A stretch of 58,604 nucleotides of DNA from Candidatus Bathyarchaeota archaeon (GCA_003601605.1 PIXZ01000001.1:1-58604); one strand, 5' to 3'. Shown: positions 25,521 to 35,182, numbered from the stretch's first letter. Notes: a model not told the origin generated them from the letters alone. Translations and numbers: made by a program.

Positions 25521-27164
25521 ATGGGAGAAAAGCCAATGGCTAAACTTCGACTAAAGGAATCACTAGCTAAACTGAAGAAAGTTAGAATAAGATTTAATCT
25601 AAAGAAAAAAGAGAAAGTAGCGATTCCGCCAGCTCCACCAAAACCTGTACCCAGAGGGTTCAAAGTTGTGGAGAAATACCCTCTTTATGAGCCCTTTGCT
25701 CATGTTGCCATTGTTCAAAATCCGAAGACGGGTGAGTACAAGTACATATTGGATGAGTTACAGCTTGACCCGCTCGAAAGAAGCGTTTACAACCGTATTT
25801 TAGAAATATTGCTTGCAGAAATAGAATCGCCAAAAGAAGAAATACTTGACCCCAGAAAGTTTTTTGCAGAAGAAGCCAAGAAAATTGTTGACAAATATCG
25901 AATAAGCTTAGGATGGCTTCCAGACGTTTCATGGTACAAGATTCTTTATCATGCTGAAAGAAACCTTGTAGGATTCGGCAGAATTGACCCGTTAATGCGT
26001 GATCCAAATATCGAAGACATTTCATGCGACGGTGTTAATAAGCCTGTTTACGTGTGGCATAGAAAATATGAAAGCATAGAAACCAACCTTGAATTTGAAA
26101 GCGATGAAGAACTTGACAACATGGTTGTCAAACTTGTACACATGGCTGGAAAACATGTAAGCTCAGCCTTCCCCATAGTAGACGCTTCGCTTCCTGGAAA
26201 GCACAGACTTGCAGTCTGCTACAGACGCGAAGTAACCCCGTTTGGAACAGCCTTCACCATCAGAAAGTTCAGAGAAGACCCCTACTCCATAATTGACCTA
26301 ATAAACTTGGGCACTTTCTCGGAGGAGATGGCAGCTTACTTCTGGATGTGCCTTGAAAACAGAGCGTCAATAATGGTTTTAGGCGGCACAGCAGCTGGAA
26401 AAACCACAGCCTTAAACGCTTTGGCATGTCTAATAAAGCCTGGAAGCAAAATAATAACGATAGAAGAAACCGCAGAACTTAACCTACCGCATGAAAACTG
26501 GGTCTCACTTATAGCAAGACAAAGTTACGGTTTAGGCGGCAGCGGTGTAGGCGAAGTAACACTTTTCGACCTTGTGAAAACTTCGATGAGACATCGTCCA
26601 GATGTACTGATTGTGGGAGAGGTTAGAGGACAAGAAGCCTACGTGCTTTTCCAAGCGTTAGCCACGGGTCACGGCGGTATGTGTACAATGCACGCTGAAA
26701 ACCTTGATTCTGCAGTTAAGCGTTTAACACAGAAACCTATGGATATTGCCCCTGCTTACATTCCATTGATGAACTTGGTTCTGTCAGTTCAAAGGGTTCA
26801 TCTCATAAAAGGTGAGGAGAGAAAGGCGTATAGGCGTGTAATAAATGCTAATGAGGTTGCTGATTACGAAGATTATCGGTGTATTTTCAAGTGGAACCCT
26901 GCGAAAGACGAGCATGTGTCCTCATTTAACAAAAGCGTACTGCTGTCGTCTATTTCTGAACGTTTAGGTATAAGCAAAAAAGAGCTAATAGAAGAGATAA
27001 AAAGACGAAAAGAAGTTTTGCATTGGATGCGTGAACGTAACATACGAAGCTACAAAGACGTAGCTGCAATCATCGCGGAATATTATGCTAGACCAAAGCA
27101 GATTTACGAGAAAGTTCTTGCAGGGGAGGAGGTAAAACTAGTTGCCACTTCTAGAAAAACTTGA
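25521..27164 (+). CDS. Type IV filament assembly ATPase (FlaI/PilB/VirB11 superfamily)
   Basis: Walker A GGTAAGKTT, Walker B DVLIVGEVRG, His box TGHGGMCTMHA. The FlaI-like N-terminal domain contains IEDISCDG. Confidence 0.9.
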   Translation: MGEKPMAKLRLKESLAKLKKVRIRFNLKKKEKVAIPPAPPKPVPRGFKVVEKYPLYEPFAHVAIVQNPKTGEYKYILDELQLDPLERSVYNRILEILLAEIESPKEEILDPRKFFAEEAKKIVDKYRISLGWLPDVSWYKILYHAERNLVGFGRIDPLMRDPNIEDISCDGVNKPVYVWHRKYESIETNLEFESDEELDNMVVKLVHMAGKHVSSAFPIVDASLPGKHRLAVCYRREVTPFGTAFTIRKFREDPYSIIDLINLGTFSEEMAAYFWMCLENRASIMVLGGTAAGKTTALNALACLIKPGSKIITIEETAELNLPHENWVSLIARQSYGLGGSGVGEVTLFDLVKTSMRHRPDVLIVGEVRGQEAYVLFQALATGHGGMCTMHAENLDSAVKRLTQKPMDIAPAYIPLMNLVLSVQRVHLIKGEERKAYRRVINANEVADYEDYRCIFKWNPAKDEHVSSFNKSVLLSSISERLGISKKELIEEIKRRKEVLHWMRERNIRSYKDVAAIIAEYYARPKQIYEKVLAGEEVKLVATSRKT

Positions 27165-28842
27165 GGCATGGTCTTTCCGCATTTTCGGAAGGACGGCGCC
27201 TTCCTTTCTAAAACATGTTTTTGAATTCAAGGACTACTTGGAAAAGGCGAAAATTAAGATTTACCCAGAAACCTACGTTTCTTTAATGTTTTTCCTCGCA
27301 ACCTTGACACTTCCCATTTCGATAGTAGCCATAATAATTTTGTATCTTTACGGTTTCATCCCAATGATTTTCTTAGTGCCGGTTCCCTTTTACATAATGA
27401 TAGGTTTCTTGCTGATACCTCTCTCAAGAGCAAGCGAAAGGGCAAGCAGTCTAGAGAGGGAAATGCCTTTCGCTGCCGCATACATCAGCGTCATGGCTTC
27501 TGGAGGTATAGCACCTTACACCAGTGTTAAACGCCTCGCAGAAGTTGAACTGATGCCGGCTATGAGAAGTGAAGCCAGAGAAATAATAAAGGATGTGGAA
27601 ATCTTCGGTATAGACCCACTTACAGCTATCGAAAATTCCGCAAAAAACAACCCATTAGATGTCTTCAAGGATTTCTTTTCCGGATACGCCTCAACAGTAA
27701 TCATAGGCGGGGATATAGGACACTTCCTCGAAAGAAAAGCAGAAGACATTTTTAAAACAAGGGCTATGCGTGTTAAGGCGGCGGCAGAAAGACTTGGAAT
27801 GCTGTTGGAAACGTTCATAATTGTTATGGTTTTGATGTCTTTATGCTTCTACATTTTGTTCAGCGTTGAATCCATCTACAGCGTTGGCATATCCATGTAT
27901 TCTGGCATAATCCTTTACACTTACTTATTTACGCCCTTGCTTTCGTTAATGTTCATCTATTTAGCGCACAGCATGCAACCTAAAACTCCTATTGTAGAAA
28001 TGCGTCCCTACAAAGTCTTCGGAGTCTGCAGCATAATAGCCATGATACTCTTCTTGCTGATGACAGACTTTATGGGATACATGGAAGTGCCATTCTTCAG
28101 CTCGTTTCAGACAATAATTGATTTGCCAGTGGCTGTTACTATAGCCCTTTTCGTGGCAACAGCACCAGCCGCTGTGGTTCACAGCAGGATTTCAAAAAAG
28201 AAGGCAAGTATCGAAATGGGTATAAACAGTTTCTTGAGAGACTTAACGGAAGTTAGGAAAACAGGGTTGTCTCCAGAAAAATGTATCGAAAGTTTATCTA
28301 ATCGTGATTATGGTGAGTTCAGCAAGGAACTACGCAAAATAAGCTCTGAGATTTCTTGGGGGGTTCCCTTAAGGAAAGTGATTATGGATTTTGTTAAGCG
28401 TGTTCGCAGTTGGATGACTCAAATTATCATGTTCTTGCTTGTTGAAACCATAGATGTGGGTGGTGGAACAATTGCTATGGTAGAGTCTCTGGCAAGATTC
28501 AACAATCTAACGCAGGAAGTTGAAAAAGAGAAGAAGATGGCTGTCCGTCCCTACATACTGATGCCCTATTTTGCTGCGATTCTGCTTGTAGCCACAACAA
28601 CCATGATTATAGGATTTACAGCTGGAACACTCGGCGTGGCTGAAACTACTCAAACGCAGGATTTAAGTCCTATGATAATGACTTTTACAACCTCATGCAT
28701 TTTCCACAGTTATCTAATAGGGTTAGTTGCGGGTAAAATAAGTGAAGAATCCGTTGCGGCAGGTTTCAAGCATGCTTCGCTTCTTGTGATAATTGCAGTT
28801 CTAGCATCGAAACTTGTGCCTATGTTTATAACATTCGGATAG
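27142..28842 (+). CDS. Type IV filament platform protein (FlaJ/TadC/PilC family, fused two-domain form)
   Basis: 566 aa and polytopic, with two T2SSF-like cytoplasmic repeats. TTG start preceded by GGAGGAGGT. It overlaps the ATPase gene by 23 nt. Confidence 0.85.
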   Translation: MPLLEKLEAWSFRIFGRTAPSFLKHVFEFKDYLEKAKIKIYPETYVSLMFFLATLTLPISIVAIIILYLYGFIPMIFLVPVPFYIMIGFLLIPLSRASERASSLEREMPFAAAYISVMASGGIAPYTSVKRLAEVELMPAMRSEAREIIKDVEIFGIDPLTAIENSAKNNPLDVFKDFFSGYASTVIIGGDIGHFLERKAEDIFKTRAMRVKAAAERLGMLLETFIIVMVLMSLCFYILFSVESIYSVGISMYSGIILYTYLFTPLLSLMFIYLAHSMQPKTPIVEMRPYKVFGVCSIIAMILFLLMTDFMGYMEVPFFSSFQTIIDLPVAVTIALFVATAPAAVVHSRISKKKASIEMGINSFLRDLTEVRKTGLSPEKCIESLSNRDYGEFSKELRKISSEISWGVPLRKVIMDFVKRVRSWMTQIIMFLLVETIDVGGGTIAMVESLARFNNLTQEVEKEKKMAVRPYILMPYFAAILLVATTTMIIGFTAGTLGVAETTQTQDLSPMIMTFTTSCIFHSYLIGLVAGKISEESVAAGFKHASLLVIIAVLASKLVPMFITFG

Positions 28843-28854
28843 GGGGGAAGTAAA

Positions 28855-29703
28855 ATAAAGAAGAAGAAAAAGTCGCTTCAAAAGTTTAAAGCTGATAAAA
28901 GGGCGGTTAGTCCAGCCATTTCCACGGTTATACTGACTAGCGCCGTAGTTGTGCTTTTGCTAGTTACTGTGGTTTTTGCGAATAACTTTTTGAATGCGAG
29001 AATGGCTGAAAACGAGTTTAGCGCTGTGAAACAATTTATGCAGACTGTGGGGCTTCAAATAGATGATGTCGCTTGGACTATTGGACGTACACAGACGGTA
29101 AGCTATAGCAGTAAATTTGGACAAGTAAATTTTGAATCTTCTGCTTTAAATTATACAGTGTATGTAAATGGAACAACATATTTTGCAAGCTATACTACCG
29201 GAATTATCCTGTTTAACATGCCTGTAAGCAAATACTCCCTTGGGAACAACTACTATGAAAGTTTACATCCGTCAAACCGTTCTTTTCTTCAAGCAGGTAC
29301 ATCGGCGCCTGTCAGTCGAGTTTATGTGATGGAAAAGTTGCCTATGAACGATGGAAACTTCATAAGGATTGTTGTCGCGCCCATAATAAGAGTGATGAAT
29401 TCGACAATATTTACTGGTCAAGAATCTGTTAATTACTTCAAGTTTTACTTGCCAATTCTCTCTTCTGGATCTCATCCGCGATATTCACAGTCTATAACGC
29501 TTAGAGGAAGCAATGTCTCCGTAAAGAGTCAGAGCGGTGTTACCTCTGTCAAGATAGAGGTTTCTTTTCCGAAAGAAAGCATAGGGTTTGACTCTGACTT
29601 CTTTAATTTTGAAAATCAGACCGTTTACGTGAATGTTCCTTCAGGTTCTATTATTGAGTTTTACACCGGAGAGGTGATCGTGTCTTTAGGATTACACGTA
29701 TAG
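28855..29703 (+). CDS. Pilin-like protein with class III signal peptide (start codon uncertain)
   Basis: The ORF track starts at GTG 28951, inside the hydrophobic helix. The frame is open from 28843 and encodes KKKKSLQKFKADKRAVSPAISTVILTSAVVVLLLVTVVFA. ATA at 28855 follows GGGGGGAAG. There is no ATG, GTG or TTG upstream of 28951. Confidence 0.65.
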   Translation: MKKKKKSLQKFKADKRAVSPAISTVILTSAVVVLLLVTVVFANNFLNARMAENEFSAVKQFMQTVGLQIDDVAWTIGRTQTVSYSSKFGQVNFESSALNYTVYVNGTTYFASYTTGIILFNMPVSKYSLGNNYYESLHPSNRSFLQAGTSAPVSRVYVMEKLPMNDGNFIRIVVAPIIRVMNSTIFTGQESVNYFKFYLPILSSGSHPRYSQSITLRGSNVSVKSQSGVTSVKIEVSFPKESIGFDSDFFNFENQTVYVNVPSGSIIEFYTGEVIVSLGLHV

Positions 29704-29716
29704 GAGGAATATATGA

Positions 29717-30196
29717 GTGCCACATATAACTATTGAATATATGATTATGGTTCCGGTTTTGATATTGCAGATCTTTCTCTTTCCCTTGGCTGCTGGCTGG
29801 ATGATGAATATTTGGGTAGATTCTCGGAGAACTTTGGCTCTTCAGGAAGCCGCAAGCCATTTGGGAAGCACGATACAGCAAATATATTTCTCTTTAAATC
29901 ATGAAACGATAGGCACTGGAACCGTTACACAAAAGGTCGATGTTCCGCCTTTCATAGAAAATCATGCTTATACTGGAAATGCAACGCTTGAAACATTAAG
30001 TCAGCCTGAAAATTCCAGTAAAGTTTTGGAAATAACGCTTAGAATGGTTGATGCAAAAACTTCAGTAACAACTTCTGTAATTCTAGGAAGCAATATTGTT
30101 TGGCAAGACTCAACTTTCGTAAGCAACTCCACAAACGCGGGAGTCAGAGCAATAAAATTTGCTAATGGAACTATTTCTTTGGCTTTCACGGGGTAG
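29717..30196 (+). CDS. Small pilin-like/TadE-like protein
   Basis: The N-terminus MPHITIEYMIMVPVLILQIFLFPL has an IEY plus hydrophobic helix reminiscent of Flp/TadE N-termini. GTG start lies 10 nt after AGGAGG. Confidence 0.6.
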   Translation: MPHITIEYMIMVPVLILQIFLFPLAAGWMMNIWVDSRRTLALQEAASHLGSTIQQIYFSLNHETIGTGTVTQKVDVPPFIENHAYTGNATLETLSQPENSSKVLEITLRMVDAKTSVTTSVILGSNIVWQDSTFVSNSTNAGVRAIKFANGTISLAFTG

Positions 30197-30208
30197 GGGG
30201 AGTAGAAA

Positions 30209-31429
30209 ATGGCAGGCTCAACCATAGATCACCTGGTTTCGGTCACGGTTTTCCTAGGGGCACTAATGCTTTTCATAGGCTTATTCAACCAAACGATTCA
30301 AACAGCCATAATTTATCAACACCACAGAGTTTTAGCAGTGAAATGCAGCGACCTATTAGATAACATGTTATTGAACCCCGGCATGCCTATAGATTGGGGA
30401 AAAAGCAATGTTACACCTACGGGTTTCGGTTTACAAGACCCAGAATTTACCCAGTATAGGCTTAGTCCTTTCTCGCTTATGCGTTTACAGTCAGCAGTAG
30501 GCGACACGGTTTACTATCCAAAAACAGGACAATATTATAGCAACATTACTGTAGGTTTTGGCAACTTCTTGCTTGTACCCTTTACTGAAGCTATCAATTA
30601 TTCTCTTGCGGCGCGTTTGCTTGGAATAAACGGAACATATAGTTTCCAATTAACCGTAACACCCGTTGTAACGGTTTCAATATCGAAACTTCAATCAAAC
30701 CCATTGAATTTGTCCGTTAATGTCAAAGGTCGTGGATTTCCCCTCCCCAACGCAATGGTAAGCTATTGCTTCATCACTGTTAAGACTGGAGGAGGAGCTT
30801 ATCCATCATTTACTACAGATTATGGAACCGTTTACACTAACGCTGAAGGTTCAGCCGTGTTAAGTTTTCCTAGCGTAGATGAAGATAATGATTCCTATGT
30901 GTTGATTGCTTATGCGCATTTAAGTGGACTTATAGGAGTTGGCTATTATGAACATGTTACTCACGACGAAAACTATGTGGTTCCTTTTATCAGCGATTTT
31001 GAAGAAAGAACCGTGATAATTGCTCATAGTTATGACGTGCATGGTGGAGATAATCCAGCAGCAATAGCTTACAATGCCACCTTCGTTTTGTTAACCGAAG
31101 ACTTTACCCTTCGCGAAGTGCCCATGGAAAACTCTACAGGAAAAGTTGGAAAAATCAACTATGGTGAGGGAAAACCTTACAAAACAATTACAATCCCAAC
31201 GTATAACCCCGGCATTCTCGTTATCACTTATAAAAAAAGTGCCGTAGAAACTGGCGTTGTTTTAATGCCTTGGGGTATAAGCTCTTTAGCTTTTCCAGTG
31301 GTTTTTGGAGACGACCCCTCAAGTAGCGACTGGGTGACAACAGACTTACGCCAAGTCATAGTGAACGACATCGCCTATCAAGCTAAACTCGCCTTGTGGA
31401 GTTTGGAAGGTTATCAGGTGATTGGCTGA
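30209..31429 (+). CDS. Large pilin-like protein (406 aa), function unknown
   Basis: N-terminus MAGSTIDHLVSVTVFLGALMLFIGLF, then a sequon-rich presumably extracellular domain. Confidence 0.7.
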   Translation: MAGSTIDHLVSVTVFLGALMLFIGLFNQTIQTAIIYQHHRVLAVKCSDLLDNMLLNPGMPIDWGKSNVTPTGFGLQDPEFTQYRLSPFSLMRLQSAVGDTVYYPKTGQYYSNITVGFGNFLLVPFTEAINYSLAARLLGINGTYSFQLTVTPVVTVSISKLQSNPLNLSVNVKGRGFPLPNAMVSYCFITVKTGGGAYPSFTTDYGTVYTNAEGSAVLSFPSVDEDNDSYVLIAYAHLSGLIGVGYYEHVTHDENYVVPFISDFEERTVIIAHSYDVHGGDNPAAIAYNATFVLLTEDFTLREVPMENSTGKVGKINYGEGKPYKTITIPTYNPGILVITYKKSAVETGVVLMPWGISSLAFPVVFGDDPSSSDWVTTDLRQVIVNDIAYQAKLALWSLEGYQVIG

Positions 31430-32736
31430 TGATGCGCACCATCGAAATATTACTGGTAATAATTATTATTACAAGCGCCTTCATAATTGCCTCTTTTTAC
31501 GCCGTATTGCCCATTCCAAGACGTGTTTCACCCATAAACTTAAGAAGGCTGGCTTTGACGACTTTACAAACTTTGGATGTGGATTATGATTTAAGCGAAA
31601 TAGTTTTCTTGCCAGAAAATGACACACTTTGGGGTCAGCTTCAAATCGCACTTTCTGCTTGTCTTCCTCCAAACGTAGTTTACAATTTAACGGTTTACGA
31701 AGTGCAAAGCGGAAGTACAGGAGAGCTTTATTTGCCTATAAAGTCAATTTCTAACGCTGAAAGTTTAGGGATTGGTTCTGATGCTGCTTCTTATCTTGTG
31801 GCTTCTTCCAATGTTACTTTTAGGGTGGTTCCCGAAAAGATTGGGGAGCACGGAGGCGGAGGGACTCTTTACATATTGAATTGCAGCGACGCCAACGGAT
31901 GGTGGATAACTGGCTATACAGCACATACTCTAGCAGAAGACCTATACAACCTATTATCACCCTATTTCCAAATAACCATAATGGTGCAAAACACAACACA
32001 ACTCGGACAAATACTCAACGGAACATCCCTACAAGGCGAAACAGTGCAAGGAGCCGTGATAATAAACACTTGCGGAGAAGCTGTACCAATACCAGCAGGG
32101 TATTATTCAAGTTCTGGCGTGGGATACGACACTGGTGCTGGTTCTTATGCGTTATACTGTTATACTTTGGGTCAAAAAGTACGAGAACATAATTTCACAT
32201 GGGTAAGTATAGTAGGCTACCCACTCTATTATGTCTGCAACACTGGCTTATTCCCAAACCAACAAAATAGTTGGGGAATCTACGGGATGAAACGTGTAGG
32301 CGCAGCCGGATTAAACGCTTTCCTCAAAGGCTTAGATAATCAATCGTACTCTTATGATTCAGGATGGATAACTGGAAGCCCAGGGGTTGTTTACCTTTCA
32401 TCTGATTCTATGTATTACGCAAACTATTATGGTATCTACCCTTCTCCCTATCAGACGGCGACAAGAGCCTTACCATCTTGGATAACAAGCACGTACCATT
32501 TGACTGTAACTACTTACGTTTTAAACCCCGTAGGGGGCTGGATACCTGGAGCTGTGTTTAGAAATACAGGGTCTGGTTCTCTCTTCGCTCTTGGTTTAAC
32601 AAGAACACCGGATATAAGGCTTACAGTTCTAGGGCTTTTAAGCGATTACAAACCTAGACTTTATCGCTCGGAGTATACGGCAACAGGAACTTCTAGGCTT
32701 GTAGTTTTACAGCTTGGGCTGGTGGGAGGTGTTTAG
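31429..32736 (+). CDS. Large pilin-like protein (about 435 aa), function unknown
   Basis: The preferred start is the ATGATG overlapping the upstream TGA. N-terminus MMRTIEILLVIIIITSAFIIASFYAV. The ORF-track start at 31396 would add 11 residues inside the upstream gene. Confidence 0.7.
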   Translation: MMRTIEILLVIIIITSAFIIASFYAVLPIPRRVSPINLRRLALTTLQTLDVDYDLSEIVFLPENDTLWGQLQIALSACLPPNVVYNLTVYEVQSGSTGELYLPIKSISNAESLGIGSDAASYLVASSNVTFRVVPEKIGEHGGGGTLYILNCSDANGWWITGYTAHTLAEDLYNLLSPYFQITIMVQNTTQLGQILNGTSLQGETVQGAVIINTCGEAVPIPAGYYSSSGVGYDTGAGSYALYCYTLGQKVREHNFTWVSIVGYPLYYVCNTGLFPNQQNSWGIYGMKRVGAAGLNAFLKGLDNQSYSYDSGWITGSPGVVYLSSDSMYYANYYGIYPSPYQTATRALPSWITSTYHLTVTTYVLNPVGGWIPGAVFRNTGSGSLFALGLTRTPDIRLTVLGLLSDYKPRLYRSEYTATGTSRLVVLQLGLVGGV

Positions 32737-32740
32737 CCTT

Positions 32741-34633
32741 ATGAATTGTAAAGGACAATTTTCTCTTATTGCGGCTTTGCTTGTAGCTGTCGTCTTGATA
32801 GGCACTGTCATAATAACTTATTCAGTTATACGCAACAGTCCAGTGCGAGAGCAAGCCCAAATATTAAGCGCAATAGACGAAACAAACCTCGCACTAAAAC
32901 AGATCTTAGGCTTCACCATAGGATATTACGGTTCAGTTCTGCAAGTTACCGGAAACACTTCCTATGCGAGAACATTAGCAACAAATTATCTTCACAGTGG
33001 ACTGGTAAACATTGCAAATATGCACCCGGAATGGGGAACATCCTTCAACGTAAGCAATCTAGACTTGACCACATACTGGTTTACAAACAACAGCTATAGC
33101 ACTGGAAATCTGGCAGTTACCTATAGCTTAAACGGTTTAGGAATGCACGGAATAACCTACACAACTTCATGCAGATTATCCGTACAAATCCAAAACGCAA
33201 CATCAACCGAATATGTAAGATTAAGTGTAGCTAGAGATGAAGGAGAACCCATCATAAATCTTGGAAAACAAAACTTCAAATTCTACCACTACTTTTACAC
33301 AAACTCTACATGGGAACTTATAACACCAAGTACAGAACCAACAGCCTTCGCAAACGGCACATACCTTATAGAAAAACCACCAGAAATAGACCCATACTCC
33401 TATGTGCTCCAAGTAGAGGACCCAAGAGGCATAATAGTTGTGGCATCATCCTTCAGCAAATATACCATTACACTTTCATGGAACTCTACATTGTATCAGC
33501 AACTAGAAGACGCAACACTGATGGTTGAACTATTACAAAATGGAACGATGCGGTGGCTTGGACAAAACTTTAATTTAACAACCCAAGCGAAACCTGTTCC
33601 ACCAATACCAGTGAAAGCCATCCATGTTAACCAAACAGTAAACAATGTAAACCACGAAGTACCATTCCAAATAGAAGATTGGGCTTCAGACTACAGAATC
33701 CCCTTAGGACTAACCAACAATGCCAGCGTTTTCAACAGCAGAACAATGCTAGTTTTCCTTGTAAACCCAAACGTTTCAAAAGTAACCATATGGTGGAATG
33801 GAAGCGATACAGCAACTCAAACACCGTATGCATACACAAACAGATATTTTACGGACAACCCTAGTAGTGGAGTATTATCCAATGGAATAATTACACTACA
33901 TATAGATACCTCAGGAAGCTATTTCAGAATCTATTCTAGTATCAGAACAACCGAAGCTACCGCCCGTTTTATGCGTATAAACAACGAATGGAGCATATAC
34001 GGAGCCGACCCTGCCTATTGCATTTATAATGGAATCGTAAGAGATATAATTCATCAAGAAGCGGAATGGGGTGGAGGAGCCGACAATTGCCCTAATCTCT
34101 ATGCACACATCGTTTTAACCCTTCCTGCAAACGCTACATACTACACGTACCAGTTACGTTTAATGTTCATAAGCTCGCAACAAGCAAGAAACATTCAGGA
34201 TATATGCCCGATTAGACTATCATATTCAGGTGGGCAACCGCAAACAGAAAACGGGACAGAAGTTTCAACATCAACTGGCTTATTCTACAATTGCTCAGCT
34301 TCATGTTGGCAACACCACTGGAGCCAATTAACCTCAGCCTCGGGAACAAAAGGCACTGGAATAATGTTTAGAGATGCAGCCAACCAAATGCTCTATTTCT
34401 TTGACAACATAGCAGGAAACAAAACAGGAGCCCTCAACGTCGCTTCAGACGCTATAGAACTGTGCCCAGTAACCAGTATGGCTTCAGTTAGCTTCACACA
34501 TGCGTTAGACATACTCTGGTATGGCGCAGTAGTAACATTCGACGGAACAACACCCATATACAAATCTGACGGCAGCGGCTTGTGGATAATCGCTGAACAT
34601 CCACCAGTAATCACCGTGACTACAGAAAGTTAG
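32741..34633 (+). CDS. Large pilin-like protein (about 630 aa) with class III-like signal peptide
   Basis: The ATG at 32741 lies 10 nt after GGTGGGAGGTG. N-terminus MNCKGQFSLIAALLVAVVLIG (a KG/Q-type cleavage motif). The remainder is sequon-rich and I recognised no family. Confidence 0.75.
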   Translation: MNCKGQFSLIAALLVAVVLIGTVIITYSVIRNSPVREQAQILSAIDETNLALKQILGFTIGYYGSVLQVTGNTSYARTLATNYLHSGLVNIANMHPEWGTSFNVSNLDLTTYWFTNNSYSTGNLAVTYSLNGLGMHGITYTTSCRLSVQIQNATSTEYVRLSVARDEGEPIINLGKQNFKFYHYFYTNSTWELITPSTEPTAFANGTYLIEKPPEIDPYSYVLQVEDPRGIIVVASSFSKYTITLSWNSTLYQQLEDATLMVELLQNGTMRWLGQNFNLTTQAKPVPPIPVKAIHVNQTVNNVNHEVPFQIEDWASDYRIPLGLTNNASVFNSRTMLVFLVNPNVSKVTIWWNGSDTATQTPYAYTNRYFTDNPSSGVLSNGIITLHIDTSGSYFRIYSSIRTTEATARFMRINNEWSIYGADPAYCIYNGIVRDIIHQEAEWGGGADNCPNLYAHIVLTLPANATYYTYQLRLMFISSQQARNIQDICPIRLSYSGGQPQTENGTEVSTSTGLFYNCSASCWQHHWSQLTSASGTKGTGIMFRDAANQMLYFFDNIAGNKTGALNVASDAIELCPVTSMASVSFTHALDILWYGAVVTFDGTTPIYKSDGSGLWIIAEHPPVITVTTES

Positions 34634-34649
34634 GCACCATCTGCTTTTA

Positions 34650-34675
34650 GAATTTGAAATTTAGATTTCAAGTTC
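34650..34675 (+). other. Stem-loop between the last large pilin-like gene and the small pilin gene
   Basis: GAAUUUGAAAU-UUAG-AUUUCAAGUUC forms an 11-bp stem (one G-U pair) with a 4-nt loop. It begins 17 nt after the upstream stop codon. Confidence 0.5.
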
Positions 34676-34729
34676 ATATAAGTTAAATAATAAATCAAAA
34701 GATTTGCTAAACAGTAAAAGGTGAAAAAC

Positions 34730-35182
34730 ATGGCACAGAAAAACATGTTAAAAACTAAAAAGGCTATATCGCCTATACTTGCCACACTCCTCTTAATAGT
34801 TATAGCCGTAGCCGCAATAGTAGTAACATACGCATGGATAATGACATACATGAGCAGCGCAGGACAACAAGCAGGAGTAATCCTATACAAGGCAAACGTG
34901 AGATTTTACAACGATAGTGGAACATTAAAGATAGATATTGACGTTGGAAACTCGGGGACGTCGGACACGCAGATAATTCAGGTCTACGTTGGAACATCGT
35001 CCACAAACTTGGAGAACCAAACGACAACACCATCACTTCCGGTATCGCTGGCTGCAGGCTCAATTGTCAGACTCACCGTAACCTACGATTGGACTGCTGG
35101 AAACACGTATTACTTTAAGATTATACCCTCAGCAGGACAGCAACCATTAGGTCCATTCCCAGAACAAGCACCAACCAGCTAA
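34730..35182 (+). CDS. Archaeal type IV pilin (probable major subunit)
   Basis: MAQKNMLKTKKAISPILATLLLIVIAVAAIVVTY is a canonical class III signal peptide of the DUF361 type. 150 aa. The ATG lies 5 nt after GGTGA (the ORF-track GTG at 34721 overlaps that SD). Confidence 0.85.
   Translation: MAQKNMLKTKKAISPILATLLLIVIAVAAIVVTYAWIMTYMSSAGQQAGVILYKANVRFYNDSGTLKIDIDVGNSGTSDTQIIQVYVGTSSTNLENQTTTPSLPVSLAAGSIVRLTVTYDWTAGNTYYFKIIPSAGQQPLGPFPEQAPTS

Noticed and set aside
28840-28842. TAG as a pyrrolysine codon joining the platform and pilin ORFs
   Set aside because: No pylS, pylB, pylC, pylD or tRNA-Pyl genes are visible in this window, and many other genes here terminate with TAG. It is kept only as a low-probability alternative in the start-codon finding.
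29713-29736. 7-codon ORF ATG AGT GCC ACA TAT AAC TAT TGA directly after the AGGAGG upstream of the 159-aa gene
   Set aside because: It is too short to evaluate. The GTG at 29717 in the long frame is served by the same SD. It is noted only as a possible source of start-site ambiguity.
31427-31434. TGATGATG resembling a C-box
   Set aside because: It is the stop/start overlap (TGA/ATG ATG) between two pilin-like genes, and there are no partner D boxes at guide-length spacing.
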